Part shown: piece after piece, positions 9,833 through 18,702 of the stretch
Position numbering within the stretch: position 1 is the stretch's first letter
Layout of the letters: the number at the start of each line of letters is the position of its first letter
The notes under the pieces: generated by a model
Seen by the model: the letters and a program-made list of their open reading frames with translations, nothing else
Databases searched by the model: none
What the model was told of the DNA's origin: nothing
Translations under genes and position numbers: made by a program
Origin: Alphaproteobacteria bacterium
Lineage (GTDB): Bacteria > Pseudomonadota > Alphaproteobacteria > UBA8366 > GCA-2717185
Direction of reading: 5' to 3'
Assembly: GCA_047517345.1 (NCBI GenBank)
Contig: JAKZTB010000036.1
Span: 1,503-65,502, forward strand
DNA: 64,000 bases

Positions 9833-9880
9833 TGGACACAAACTAACGTATGGGTACCATATGTTAGTTTGTGTCCACTA
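9830..9880. repeat. 51-nt near-perfect palindrome (18-bp perfect arms, extendable to about 24 bp) between engB and argB
   Basis: tagtggacacaaactaac (9830-9847) and gttagtttgtgtccacta (9863-9880) are exact reverse complements. The centre gtatgggtaccatat is largely self-complementary. GC content is low for this genome. Confidence 0.85.
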
Positions 9881-9916
9881 GAGTCGCCCGCCCGCCCGCC
9901 GGACGAGGACTGTGAG

Positions 9917-10828
9917 ATGAGCGACAATACGCACGACCAGCGCGCGGAGTGGCTGGCCAAGGCCGATATCTTGACGGAAGCGTTGCCCTACATGCGCAAG
10001 CATGCGGGCAAGGTGATCGTCGTCAAGTATGGCGGTCATGCGATGGGGGATTCGGCGCTGTCGGACGCGTTCGCCCGCGACGTCGTGTTGTTGAAACAGG
10101 TCGGGCTGAACCCCGTGGTCGTGCATGGCGGCGGGCCGCAGATCGGATCGATGCTGAAACGGCTGTCGATCGAAAGCGAATTCGTCGACGGCTTGCGGGT
10201 TACCGACGAAGCCACGGTCGAGATCGTCGAAATGGTCCTGTCCGGCAGGATCAACAAAGGTATCGTCGCCGCCATTACCGCGGCGGGTGGCAGGGCGGTC
10301 GGTTTGTCCGGCAAGGATGGCGGCCTTATCGAGGCGCGTAAACTGACGCGCGTCAAAAGGGATCCGGACTCGAACATCGAACGCATCCTGGATCTCGGGT
10401 TCGTCGGCGAGCCGACACGGGTCAATCCGCAGGTATTGGAGATTTTTGCGCAATCGGATTTTATTCCGGTCATCGCGCCAATCGGTCTGGGCGCGGATGG
10501 CGAAACTTTCAACATCAACGCGGACACCGTCGCCGGTGCGGTTGCCGTGGCGGCAAAAGCGTCACGTTTGCTCCTGTTGACGGACGTCGAAGGCGTACTC
10601 GACAAGGATGGCGCCTTGATCAAGGAGATGACGGTCGCCGAGGCGCGGGCCCGCATGGCGGACGGGACGCTCACCGGGGGTATGATCCCGAAAGTCGAAA
10701 CCTGTATCCAGGCCATCGAAGAAGGTGTTGGGGCCGCGGTGATCGTTGACGGTCGCGCGCTTCATGCGACCTTACTTGAGATTTTCACGGCGCACGGGTC
10801 GGGAACGATGATCCGCCAATCGTCGTAA
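9917..10828 (+). CDS. argB: acetylglutamate kinase
   Basis: ORF 9869..10828. The ATG at 9917 gives [13 protein letters not shown]..; ArgB motifs are present ([24 protein letters not shown]). Confidence 0.93.
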   Translation: MSDNTHDQRAEWLAKADILTEALPYMRKHAGKVIVVKYGGHAMGDSALSDAFARDVVLLKQVGLNPVVVHGGGPQIGSMLKRLSIESEFVDGLRVTDEATVEIVEMVLSGRINKGIVAAITAAGGRAVGLSGKDGGLIEARKLTRVKRDPDSNIERILDLGFVGEPTRVNPQVLEIFAQSDFIPVIAPIGLGADGETFNINADTVAGAVAVAAKASRLLLLTDVEGVLDKDGALIKEMTVAEARARMADGTLTGGMIPKVETCIQAIEEGVGAAVIVDGRALHATLLEIFTAHGSGTMIRQSS

Positions 10829-10830
10829 AA

Positions 10831-10902
10831 TGCATGACTCGGGCTGGCTCCAGGAGCCTCTCCGGTCGGTGCGGTTCATAGGTATTGCTTGGACAGGCTC
10901 CT
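10831..10902. repeat. short intergenic repeat, copy A (X-Y-X' arrangement, 51-nt core at 10852-10902)
   Basis: The 51-nt core is 42/51 identical to 17717-17767. The extra upstream segment 10831-10851 resembles the 3' half of copy B. The aggagcct / aggctcct ends can pair. Confidence 0.7.
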
Positions 10903-12192
10903 AAGTGTCGAAGAATTCGATCTGCCAGTGCAGCTCTTTTTCGCTTAACGGGAAGTTCGCGTTGCCATCCGACGCCAGTATTGCGCCCGGCGCTATCGCC
11001 CCAATCGTGATTTGCAGGCTGTAGGCCAATTCCATGCTCATTCCGGATTTCCAGCAGATTGCAACAATGCCTTTGCTGGCGCGCATCTCGAAAATATTGT
11101 TGACCGAAGCGCAGCTCAGCCCCGAACAAGCCGCGAGCGATGCAATGACTGTTTCCCGGTCGCCCGCGGCGGCGGCATTGTGGATCAGAGTTTCCGTAAG
11201 GCGGCCTTCGGTTTTCAGGATTAAGGCCCGCTCGTATGCGTCGTCCTTCTCGTCCCCTTCCGGACGCGCCATCCCTGATATTCCAGATGCTTTTTGGTCT
11301 TTCGGCTCATTTTCGCCATCGATTTTCAACCGCTCGTTAACGGCTATTTCAATCGCATCGACCACCTGTTCTGTCAAATCCGTCCGTCGCCGAAGCGTAT
11401 CGAGCAGCGAGTCCGCGACGAAGCCTGCGATGCGCTGCGCGGCGTTGGCGGGAAGCTCGGGTCGGTCGACGAGCGGGGCGTGCCAGGACGTCACCGAGGC
11501 CGCGTTATCGACCAGTCTGTCGAGTGTTTCTTCGCGAATTTGCGCACTCGGGTTGGCCAGGAGTTCGGCGATCGCACAATTGTCGTCGCTGGTCGCGATG
11601 GCGTGCGACACCGTTTCGACGACGTTCGTGCGCCGCGAAATTGCGCTGAGCGCGCCCTGCACGGGGGCGCTTGTGATGATTTCGAGCAGATCTTCTTCCG
11701 TCAGGACCGGTGAATTTTCCAAGACTGGTCCACAAACGGCAGATAGGGGTCCGTCGCGAGTTGCCGGACGACGTGCAAGGGAACGTCCGGGAAGTCCTTA
11801 ATCGCGTCGCTGAGGAGTTCGCGGACCCGCTTTGTCTGATCCGCGGCGAGCACTTCCGTAATGTCGAGCACGGCACGCCGCATCACGTTGCGTTCGGTCG
11901 CGGATGTTTGGGGGAAGAGGTTGCCGATTTTTTTCGCGAGGACACAGCGTACTTCGTCGCTGTTGTCGCGCGCGAGCCGCAGGTTTGCCTGGCGCGGCGT
12001 TTGGGCGTTCTCGGCGATGCAGCGTCTGACCTCGTCGTCAGGGTCTTCCGCCAGATAGTAGAGAATTTCCGGCTGTGTTTCGGTGTCCGAGGCGAGAGCG
12101 CAACGTGTCTTCGAATCGCCACTGCGGGCGATGGAGCCGATATCACGAAGGCCGTGCTCCGTCGTCGATAGGCCGGGCGTCGACTGGTTCAA
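10901..12192 (-). pseudogene. DUF2336 domain protein, split by a frameshift into two overlapping ORFs (11701..12192 and 10901..11722)
   Basis: The two ORFs together make one DUF2336-like protein of about 430 aa. The third frame reads ..SAVCGPVLENSPVLTEEDLLEII across the junction. One extra base in the G4 run at 11746-11749 would restore a single ORF. Confidence 0.65.
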
Positions 12193-12193
12193 T

Positions 12194-14017
12194 TTACAAC
12201 TCCGCGTCGCGCAAGCCCTTGTCCCGGGCCAGCGACAAATGTTGTTTGCGGGTATGTTTCGCGCGGTACATGGCGGTGTCGGCGCGTTTCAACAGTCCAT
12301 CGGAACCTTCATCGGAGCCCGACCTGAACATTGCGATGCCGATCGAGAGGCCCAATCGCTTATCCGGCGAACCGCTGAACGCGTCAAGATGGTAGCAACT
12401 TCGCAATAGCTCAAGGCCGCGCCGTCGTGCCGCGGCCTTGTCGATATTTTCGAACCAAAGGGCAAATTCATCACCGCCCAACCGGGCAGCGAAATCGTAG
12501 TTGCGCGTCGCGGTTTTTAAGACCTGCGCGACATTTTTGAGAACGCTGTCGCCCACGTCGTGGCCTCGCACGTCATTAACGGCCTTGAAATTGTTCAGGT
12601 CGACAAAAAATACCGCGCCCGGTTGGCCGTTTCGCCGCGACCTTTCGAGCGCGCGCTCAAGCTCCTCCATATAGGCGCGGCGATTGTATAGGCCGGTCAA
12701 TGCGTCCGTACGCGACAGGCGCTCCAGTTCGGACTGGTTTTCGATCTGCCTTAACGCGATGCCAAGCTGACCGGCGACCGCATCGAGTAGCGATCGGTCA
12801 TGCTCGCTCCACACAGCGGCGGATTGCCGGCTGAGCAAGATCGCGCCGTTTCTGTCGTCGCGGTATCGGGTCGCGGTCAGCAAAGCGTGCTGCCCGGAGA
12901 TTATCGCTTCATGCGCGGAGAAATCAGTACAGATGCGATTTACAGAGTCGACCAGGTCGACGCTTTCGGGGAGATGCCCATATTCGGCGACCATAGTGAA
13001 GTTGCCGGACCCTTCCCTTTGGTACACGGCACACGCCGTATCGGGCAATGCTTTGCCGATGGAAGCGACCGCCGTGCTCAGCATGTCCTGCGGGTCGGCT
13101 TCGTTGCGGACGGCGTCGACGATAAAGGCAATAACCTGTTCGCGAATTTTCAGCTTGGCGAGGTCGCTTTCCCGAAGCTGCTCGGCGGTCACGTCACGGC
13201 ATACGCCGCGGGCGCCGGTCCGCTTGCCGTCCTTGTCCAGGATTGGCCGGGCGCTGGCGAGGACGCAAACCGCTTCGCCATCCGCATTTCTAAGCCATTG
13301 TTCCGTCCGCTCGACGATGTCACGCGCTTCAAAGGCGAAACGGCTCGGTATCGCGGACCGGTGATAGAGGAGATCGCGCGCACTCATGCCGACAAGTGCC
13401 TCGGCCGAATAGCCGAGCGCGCCAGACGGCGATACGAACGTAAACGCTCCCGGCAGATCGGTTTCCCACGCGAAGTCACTGAAAATTTCGACGAGGTCTT
13501 TAAAGCGCTGACGGGAGTCGACAAGCGCCATGCGCATCGTTACTTCGAGGGTCGAATCGCGGCAGATAACGGCGGCGCCATGACGAGCCGTCGGAATGGC
13601 TGTTACCGCCATCCAACGATCCTGCTGTTTCGACGACCATGCGATCGGCTGGGTGCAAGCCGCGCCCGTTTGCCGAATGTTTTTCGCCAACGCACGAATG
13701 CAGTCGAGTACGGCGCCGTCGTCAGAAACATCGATTTCGGCCAATAGCCGTTTTCCCGGCGCGTTTAGCGCATCGAATTCGCCTTCTGCGCTGACGTACA
13801 GGACAGCATCGGGCAGCAATGCGTAGGCTCTGTGATCTTCCGGTGAAAGGCTGGTGAAATTCTCAAACCGCGGCACGTTATTTGGCGCCGATGAACCGGT
13901 TTCGGGTGCCAGGCCGATTGCTGTAGACGTTCGTTTCATCGCATGTCTGTCGGAGTCGAGGGTTTTCGGTTCGTCGGATTTAATCTCGGCTAACGCTACG
14001 CGAGAACCGTTAACCAA
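12194..14017 (-). CDS. PAS/GAF-containing diguanylate cyclase (GGDEF)
   Basis: C-terminal GGDEF domain (DALTGLYNRRAY .. RLGGDEFALW) preceded by PAS- and GAF-like regions. The start is uncertain (TTG 14017 or ATG 13939). Confidence 0.88.
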   Translation of the reverse strand: MVNGSRVALAEIKSDEPKTLDSDRHAMKRTSTAIGLAPETGSSAPNNVPRFENFTSLSPEDHRAYALLPDAVLYVSAEGEFDALNAPGKRLLAEIDVSDDGAVLDCIRALAKNIRQTGAACTQPIAWSSKQQDRWMAVTAIPTARHGAAVICRDSTLEVTMRMALVDSRQRFKDLVEIFSDFAWETDLPGAFTFVSPSGALGYSAEALVGMSARDLLYHRSAIPSRFAFEARDIVERTEQWLRNADGEAVCVLASARPILDKDGKRTGARGVCRDVTAEQLRESDLAKLKIREQVIAFIVDAVRNEADPQDMLSTAVASIGKALPDTACAVYQREGSGNFTMVAEYGHLPESVDLVDSVNRICTDFSAHEAIISGQHALLTATRYRDDRNGAILLSRQSAAVWSEHDRSLLDAVAGQLGIALRQIENQSELERLSRTDALTGLYNRRAYMEELERALERSRRNGQPGAVFFVDLNNFKAVNDVRGHDVGDSVLKNVAQVLKTATRNYDFAARLGGDEFALWFENIDKAAARRRGLELLRSCYHLDAFSGSPDKRLGLSIGIAMFRSGSDEGSDGLLKRADTAMYRAKHTRKQHLSLARDKGLRDAEL

Positions 14018-14089
14018 CCGTTAGGATATTCGTTAAGTTGCGCGGCGATGCTTGCCTGATTGGCCGCTGTGGCGCACTGTCTTCGCGCC

Positions 14090-14773
14090 ATGAACAAGAG
14101 ACTTGCCCCGCTTTCAGAAGAAACCGAATTCTGGGTTTTCGACCTGGACAACACGCTGTACCCGGCGGATTGCGACTTGTTCAGCCAAATCGACGTTAAG
14201 ATGGGCGCGTTCATTTCCGCACATTGCGGTATCGACCGTATCGATGCGCGCAAACTGCAGAAACGTTACTACCAAGAGCACGGCACGACGCTGGCCGGTC
14301 TGATGGCGAATGACGGCGTGCATCCGGAAGACTTTCTCGAATTCGTTCACGATATCGACGTCTCCCCGGTGCCGCCGAGCCCGGAGTTGCGCGACGCGCT
14401 GGGACGCTTGCCGGGCCGTCGATTCGTTTACACAAACGGTTCCGTGAAACATGCGGAGAACGTGATGGACCGTCTCGGCGTCACAGACATGTTCGACGGC
14501 ATCTACGATATAACCGCGGCAGGCTACCGGCCGAAACCGGACCCGGAGCCTTATAGCGATTTCGTGCAGCGGTTTGATATTGAACCGCGCCGGGCGGTCA
14601 TGGTCGAGGACATCGCCCGTAATCTGGAACCGGCTCACGCGATGGGAATGAGCACGGTTCTGATCCGCACGTCACGTTATGCCGAGACGCCGGACGACGA
14701 CCATATCCATCACGTCGCCGACGATTTGTTGGGCTGGTTGCGCGCGATTCTGGGTGATCCCGGCGCGTCATAG
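14090..14773 (+). CDS. pyrimidine 5'-nucleotidase (HAD superfamily, YjjG/SDT1-like)
   Basis: ORF 14060..14773, with the ATG at 14090. HAD motif I (WVFDLDNTLY) and the rest of the protein are typical of the pyrimidine 5'-nucleotidase subfamily. Confidence 0.8.
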   Translation: MNKRLAPLSEETEFWVFDLDNTLYPADCDLFSQIDVKMGAFISAHCGIDRIDARKLQKRYYQEHGTTLAGLMANDGVHPEDFLEFVHDIDVSPVPPSPELRDALGRLPGRRFVYTNGSVKHAENVMDRLGVTDMFDGIYDITAAGYRPKPDPEPYSDFVQRFDIEPRRAVMVEDIARNLEPAHAMGMSTVLIRTSRYAETPDDDHIHHVADDLLGWLRAILGDPGAS

Positions 14774-14886
14774 ACCCCTGAAAATGGAGCGTTTGGGGGT
14801 CGTACGCCCGGGTTGACTCCTACCGGCAAGTCGACCAAAGTCCCGCCTTCCCGTCACGAAGAATTCCGCGAAAGGTTACGCCTAAA

Positions 14887-15732
14887 ATGAGCCATGCCGA
14901 ACTGCAAAGCACGATCGACGAAGCCTGGGATGCTCGGGAAACCGTTTCCAGCGAAACCCATGGCGACGTTCGCGCGGCGGTGAATGTTGCGCTCGGTCTG
15001 ATGGATTCCGGCGAAGTGCGTGTCGCCGAAAAAACCGGCGGCAACTGGCACGTCAATCAGTGGCTCAAAAAGGCGGTTTTGCTGTCCTTTCGCCTCAACG
15101 AAATGACGACGATCGCGGGTGGACCCGGCGCGAACACGACCTGGTGGGACAAGGTCCCGTCCAAATTCGATGGCTGGACGGCAAGCGAGTTCGGCGATGC
15201 CGGGTTTCGGGCGGTACCCAGTTGCATCGTGCGCCATTCCGCCTATATCGCGCCCAACGTGGTGCTGATGCCGAGTTTCGTCAATCTCGGCGCCTATGTC
15301 GACGAAGGCACCATGGTCGACACCTGGGCGACGGTCGGATCCTGTGCCCAGATCGGCAAGAACTGCCATCTGTCCGGCGGTGTCGGGATCGGCGGCGTGC
15401 TCGAGCCGCTGCAGGCCGACCCCGTGATCATCGAGGACAATTGCTTCATTGGCGCGCGCTCGGAAGTGGTCGAAGGCGTCATCGTGGAAGAGGGCGCGGT
15501 ACTTGCAATGGGCTGTTTCATCAGCTCGTCGACCAAGATCGTCGACCGACAGACCGGTGAGATCCACCGCGGCCGCGTACCGGCCTATTCCGTAGTCGTG
15601 CCCGGTGCGTTGCCGGGAGCGCAAAGCCCGGACGGCGCGCCGACGCCGAGCCTCGCCTGTGTCGTCATCGTCAAGACGGTCGATGCGCAGACCCGGTCGA
15701 AGACTTCGATCAACGAACTTCTAAGGGATTAG
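14887..15732 (+). CDS. dapD: 2,3,4,5-tetrahydropyridine-2,6-dicarboxylate N-succinyltransferase
   Basis: 281 aa with the DapD N-terminal domain and hexapeptide-repeat core ([40 protein letters not shown]). Confidence 0.95.
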   Translation: MSHAELQSTIDEAWDARETVSSETHGDVRAAVNVALGLMDSGEVRVAEKTGGNWHVNQWLKKAVLLSFRLNEMTTIAGGPGANTTWWDKVPSKFDGWTASEFGDAGFRAVPSCIVRHSAYIAPNVVLMPSFVNLGAYVDEGTMVDTWATVGSCAQIGKNCHLSGGVGIGGVLEPLQADPVIIEDNCFIGARSEVVEGVIVEEGAVLAMGCFISSSTKIVDRQTGEIHRGRVPAYSVVVPGALPGAQSPDGAPTPSLACVVIVKTVDAQTRSKTSINELLRD

Positions 15733-15736
15733 CACC

Positions 15737-15992
15737 CTCTACCGGGAATAGGAGATACGTATGATCGCTTGTCGCATTTTCTGGGTAGGAGGCGTCGCGC
15801 TGGCGATGCGGGGACATCGTCAAGCGTCGCCGACGCCCGCCAGAGGATGTGACAAGCGACCCGCAGGGCGTGCTCCCAGGTCCTTCGGATCGCGTCGCGA
15901 ACTCCTTGTGATGCTTCCAGCATCACGGCGGAACCCGCTCCTAACCGAAGGGCCTGAGAGCGCGTCATTCGCATCTCCTATTCCCGGTAGAG
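15737..15992. repeat. structured intergenic element of about 256 nt (copy 2), MITE-like or ncRNA-like
   Basis: Perfect 20-bp terminal inverted repeat (15737-15756 vs 15973-15992) that extends imperfectly to about 31 bp. It has several internal hairpins and is homologous to the reverse complement of 6768-7026. It fills the dapD-dapE spacer. Confidence 0.75.
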
Positions 15993-15993
15993 A

Positions 15994-17148
15994 ATGCTAA
16001 CCGTGCTCGATCCGGTCGCGTATGCGCGGGATCTGATCCGCTGCCCCAGCGTGACGCCGGAAGAAGGCGGCGCTCTTGAACTCCTGCAATCCACCTTGGA
16101 GGGCCTGGGGTTCAAGTGCCAGCGCCTGCTTTTCACCGAGGACGGCACGCCCGACGTCGACAATCTTTATGCGCGATTGGGCAATAGCGAGCCCAATTTC
16201 TGTTTCGCGGGCCATACCGACGTCGTGCCGGTCGGGGCGAAGGACGAATGGTCGGTCGACCCGTTCGCGGCGGAAATCAAAGACGGTGTGTTGTTCGGCC
16301 GCGGCGCCAGTGACATGAAGGGCGCCATCGCGGCGTTTGCCGCGGCGGTCCAGCGATTTCTCGAGGACGGTCCGCCGGACGGTTCGATCAGTTTCCTGAT
16401 CACCGGTGATGAAGAGGGTCCGTCGGTCAACGGCACGAAGAAGATGCTGCAGTGGATGGTCGAAAACGGCGAGAAGATGGATGTCTGCGTTGTCGGCGAG
16501 CCAACCAACCCGATGGCGTTGGGCGAGATGATGAAGATCGGCCGGCGTGGCAGCCTGAACGGCTGGCTCACCGTCAAGGGCGAGCAGGGCCACACCGCCT
16601 ATCCGCATTTGGCGGATAACCCGGCGCATCGTATCGTCTCCTTGCTGGAGGCTATTACGGCAAAATCGATAGACGACGGATCGGACTTTTTCCAACCGTC
16701 GACATTGCAGATTTCGACGATCGATATCGGCAATCCGACGACCAACGTCATCCCGGGCGAGGCGCGTGCGACCTTCAACATCCGCTTCAACGATTTGCAT
16801 TCTTCGGCAAGCTTGACCGAATGGTTGCACAAGACCTTCGATGCGGCCATCGGCGAGGGCGGACGCTACGAATTGGATGTCGTGGTCAGCGGCGAATCCT
16901 TCCTGATACCGCCAGGGCCGCTCAGCGATCTCGTCTCCGATGCTTGCGAGAAAGTTCTCGGTCAACGGCCGGAATTGAGTACCACGGGCGGGACGTCGGA
17001 TGCCCGATTTATAAAAGACTATTGTCCCGTCGCTGAATTCGGCCTGATCAGCCAGACGATGCATAAGGTCGACGAGCGCGCGGTCGTCGACGATATCGCC
17101 AAACTGTCTGAAATCTACGAGGCGGTCCTGCGCGGCTATTTCCAATGA
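15994..17148 (+). CDS. dapE: succinyl-diaminopimelate desuccinylase
   Basis: 384-aa M20 peptidase with DapE motifs ([33 protein letters not shown]). Confidence 0.95.
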   Translation: MLTVLDPVAYARDLIRCPSVTPEEGGALELLQSTLEGLGFKCQRLLFTEDGTPDVDNLYARLGNSEPNFCFAGHTDVVPVGAKDEWSVDPFAAEIKDGVLFGRGASDMKGAIAAFAAAVQRFLEDGPPDGSISFLITGDEEGPSVNGTKKMLQWMVENGEKMDVCVVGEPTNPMALGEMMKIGRRGSLNGWLTVKGEQGHTAYPHLADNPAHRIVSLLEAITAKSIDDGSDFFQPSTLQISTIDIGNPTTNVIPGEARATFNIRFNDLHSSASLTEWLHKTFDAAIGEGGRYELDVVVSGESFLIPPGPLSDLVSDACEKVLGQRPELSTTGGTSDARFIKDYCPVAEFGLISQTMHKVDERAVVDDIAKLSEIYEAVLRGYFQ

Positions 17149-17711
17149 TTGCCCGCCACGAAGTCCTGCTGTCGCTCTACGGCGCGTGGCGCTTGTTCAT
17201 TCGGGACCCGAAGGGATTCGAATGGCTCGACGATTCTATCGAAGGGTATTGGAAATCGTTTTTCTGCGCCGTCGTGGTTCTGCCGGCTTATGTGTTTTGG
17301 TTTTTCCTGAGGGACGGCGATTCGAGCGATGCGGGCGTCGTCCGGACAATTACAGTCGAGGGAATCGCCTACGTAATTTCGTGGGTCGCCTGGCCGCTCA
17401 TTATGGCCTACATCGCGCCGGCCATCGACCGCGACAAAAACTATATCCGCTACATCGTCGCGTATAACTGGTCCGCCGGTATCCAGGTCGCCATTCTCAT
17501 GCTCGTCCTGACGGTCGAGCTGACCGGCCTCGCACCCGGCGGTATACTCGTCATCCTCACCTTGATCATGACCGTCGTGATATTTTTCTATCACTGGTAC
17601 GTGTTGCGAATTGGGCTCGAAATCTCCAGCCTGCCGGCAGCCGCGCTGGTGGTCGGCGATTTCGTCCTCGCCCGTGTCATCCACGGCGTCAGCCAAGGCA
17701 TTCTACATTAA
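17145..17711 (+). CDS. hypothetical integral membrane protein
   Basis: 188 aa with about 5 predicted TM segments. Its ATGA overlaps the dapE stop. No family recognised. Confidence 0.6.
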   Translation: MIARHEVLLSLYGAWRLFIRDPKGFEWLDDSIEGYWKSFFCAVVVLPAYVFWFFLRDGDSSDAGVVRTITVEGIAYVISWVAWPLIMAYIAPAIDRDKNYIRYIVAYNWSAGIQVAILMLVLTVELTGLAPGGILVILTLIMTVVIFFYHWYVLRIGLEISSLPAAALVVGDFVLARVIHGVSQGILH

Positions 17712-17716
17712 GGACG

Positions 17717-17767
17717 AGGAGCCTCTCCGGTCGATGCAGTTCATAAGCATGACTCGTACAAGCTCCT
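17717..17767. repeat. short intergenic repeat, copy B (51-nt core)
   Basis: aggagcctctccggtcgatgcagttcataagcatgactcgtacaagctcct matches 10852-10902 at 42/51 positions. It starts 6 nt after the stop of the upstream gene. Confidence 0.7.
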
Positions 17768-17777
17768 AGCGCCGGCG

Positions 17778-17960
17778 ATGGCATCGCTCTTCAAAAACCT
17801 CTTGCTCACGGCCGCCGCGTTGGGCGTATTGGTGGTGGTCGAGCAGTGGTTCGGGATGACCGCCGCGTTCGTCGGGGCCGGAATCTGTTTCCTCGCCTAT
17901 GTGTTGCTGGTTACGTTGCGTCAGATGCGCGACGAAGAGAACGACGACAACGTAGACTAA
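17778..17960 (+). CDS. small hypothetical membrane protein (60 aa)
   Basis: Two hydrophobic helices followed by an acidic tail (RDEENDDNVD). Coding status is not verified. Confidence 0.4.
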   Translation: MASLFKNLLLTAAALGVLVVVEQWFGMTAAFVGAGICFLAYVLLVTLRQMRDEENDDNVD

Positions 17961-17964
17961 CCGG

Positions 17965-18702
17965 TCAATAGACGACCTGCGTCAGATAAAGCCCGTCGGG
18001 CGGCGCCGTCGGACCGCCGGCGGACCGGTCTTTGGCTTCCAGCGCCGCGCGGACTTGGGCTTCCGTCCAGGCGCCTTCACCGACCAATTTCAAAGTGCCG
18101 GTCAAAATGCGCACCTGGTTATGCAGGAAGGATCTCGCCTGGGCGGTGATGTGGATCTCGTCGCCGGCGCGCGAAACAGCAAGTTCATCGAGAGTCTTAA
18201 CCGGCGACTTCGCTTGGCAGCGGAGCGCGCGGAACGAACTGAAGTCATGCTTGCCGACGAGAAGTTGCGCCGCGCGGTGCATTGCCTCCGCATCGAGCAG
18301 CCGGGCCACGTGCCAAACGCGGCCCCTTTCCAGGGCGCTCGCTGAGCGCCGGTTCAGGATGCGGTACAGATAATCGCGCCGTACGGCCGAAAATCGGGAG
18401 TGAAAGTCTTGCGGAACGGCCTCCGCCACCAACACCGAGGCCGCCTTCGACTCCAGGTGATGGTTGAGCGCGTCGCGCACGGTGTCGGCATCCGTATCTT
18501 TCGCCAAATCGAAATGCGCGACCTGTGCAAACGCATGCACACCCGAATCGGTGCGGCCCGCGCCATGCAGCGTTACTTGCTCGCCGGAAAACCCTGCGAT
18601 GGCGGATTCGAGCGCCTCCTGGACGGAGAGACCGTTCGCCTGGCGTTGCCACCCGACGAACCCGCTACCGTCGTACTCGACGGTGATTCTCCAGCGGTTC
18701 AC
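17965..18702 (-). CDS. truA: tRNA pseudouridine(38-40) synthase
   Basis: ORF 17965..18813. The GTG at 18702 (GTGA overlap with the fmt stop) gives (M)[20 protein letters not shown], and the catalytic [11 protein letters not shown] motif is present. Confidence 0.9.
   Translation of the reverse strand: MNRWRITVEYDGSGFVGWQRQANGLSVQEALESAIAGFSGEQVTLHGAGRTDSGVHAFAQVAHFDLAKDTDADTVRDALNHHLESKAASVLVAEAVPQDFHSRFSAVRRDYLYRILNRRSASALERGRVWHVARLLDAEAMHRAAQLLVGKHDFSSFRALRCQAKSPVKTLDELAVSRAGDEIHITAQARSFLHNQVRILTGTLKLVGEGAWTEAQVRAALEAKDRSAGGPTAPPDGLYLTQVVY

Noticed and set aside
15729-16000. Two small ORFs (81 aa minus strand, 79 aa plus strand) inside the dapD-dapE spacer
   Set aside because: Their matching ends (..SPIPGRGC and ..SPIPGREC) simply reflect the terminal inverted repeat of the structured element. 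There is no RBS and no coding signal. The same applies to the ORFs inside 6768-7026, including the N-terminal extension of the yidD ORF from 6859.
15997-17145. 382-aa minus-strand ORF covering all of dapE
   Set aside because: It is an antisense shadow ORF. The plus strand encodes a complete DapE with all metal-binding motifs.
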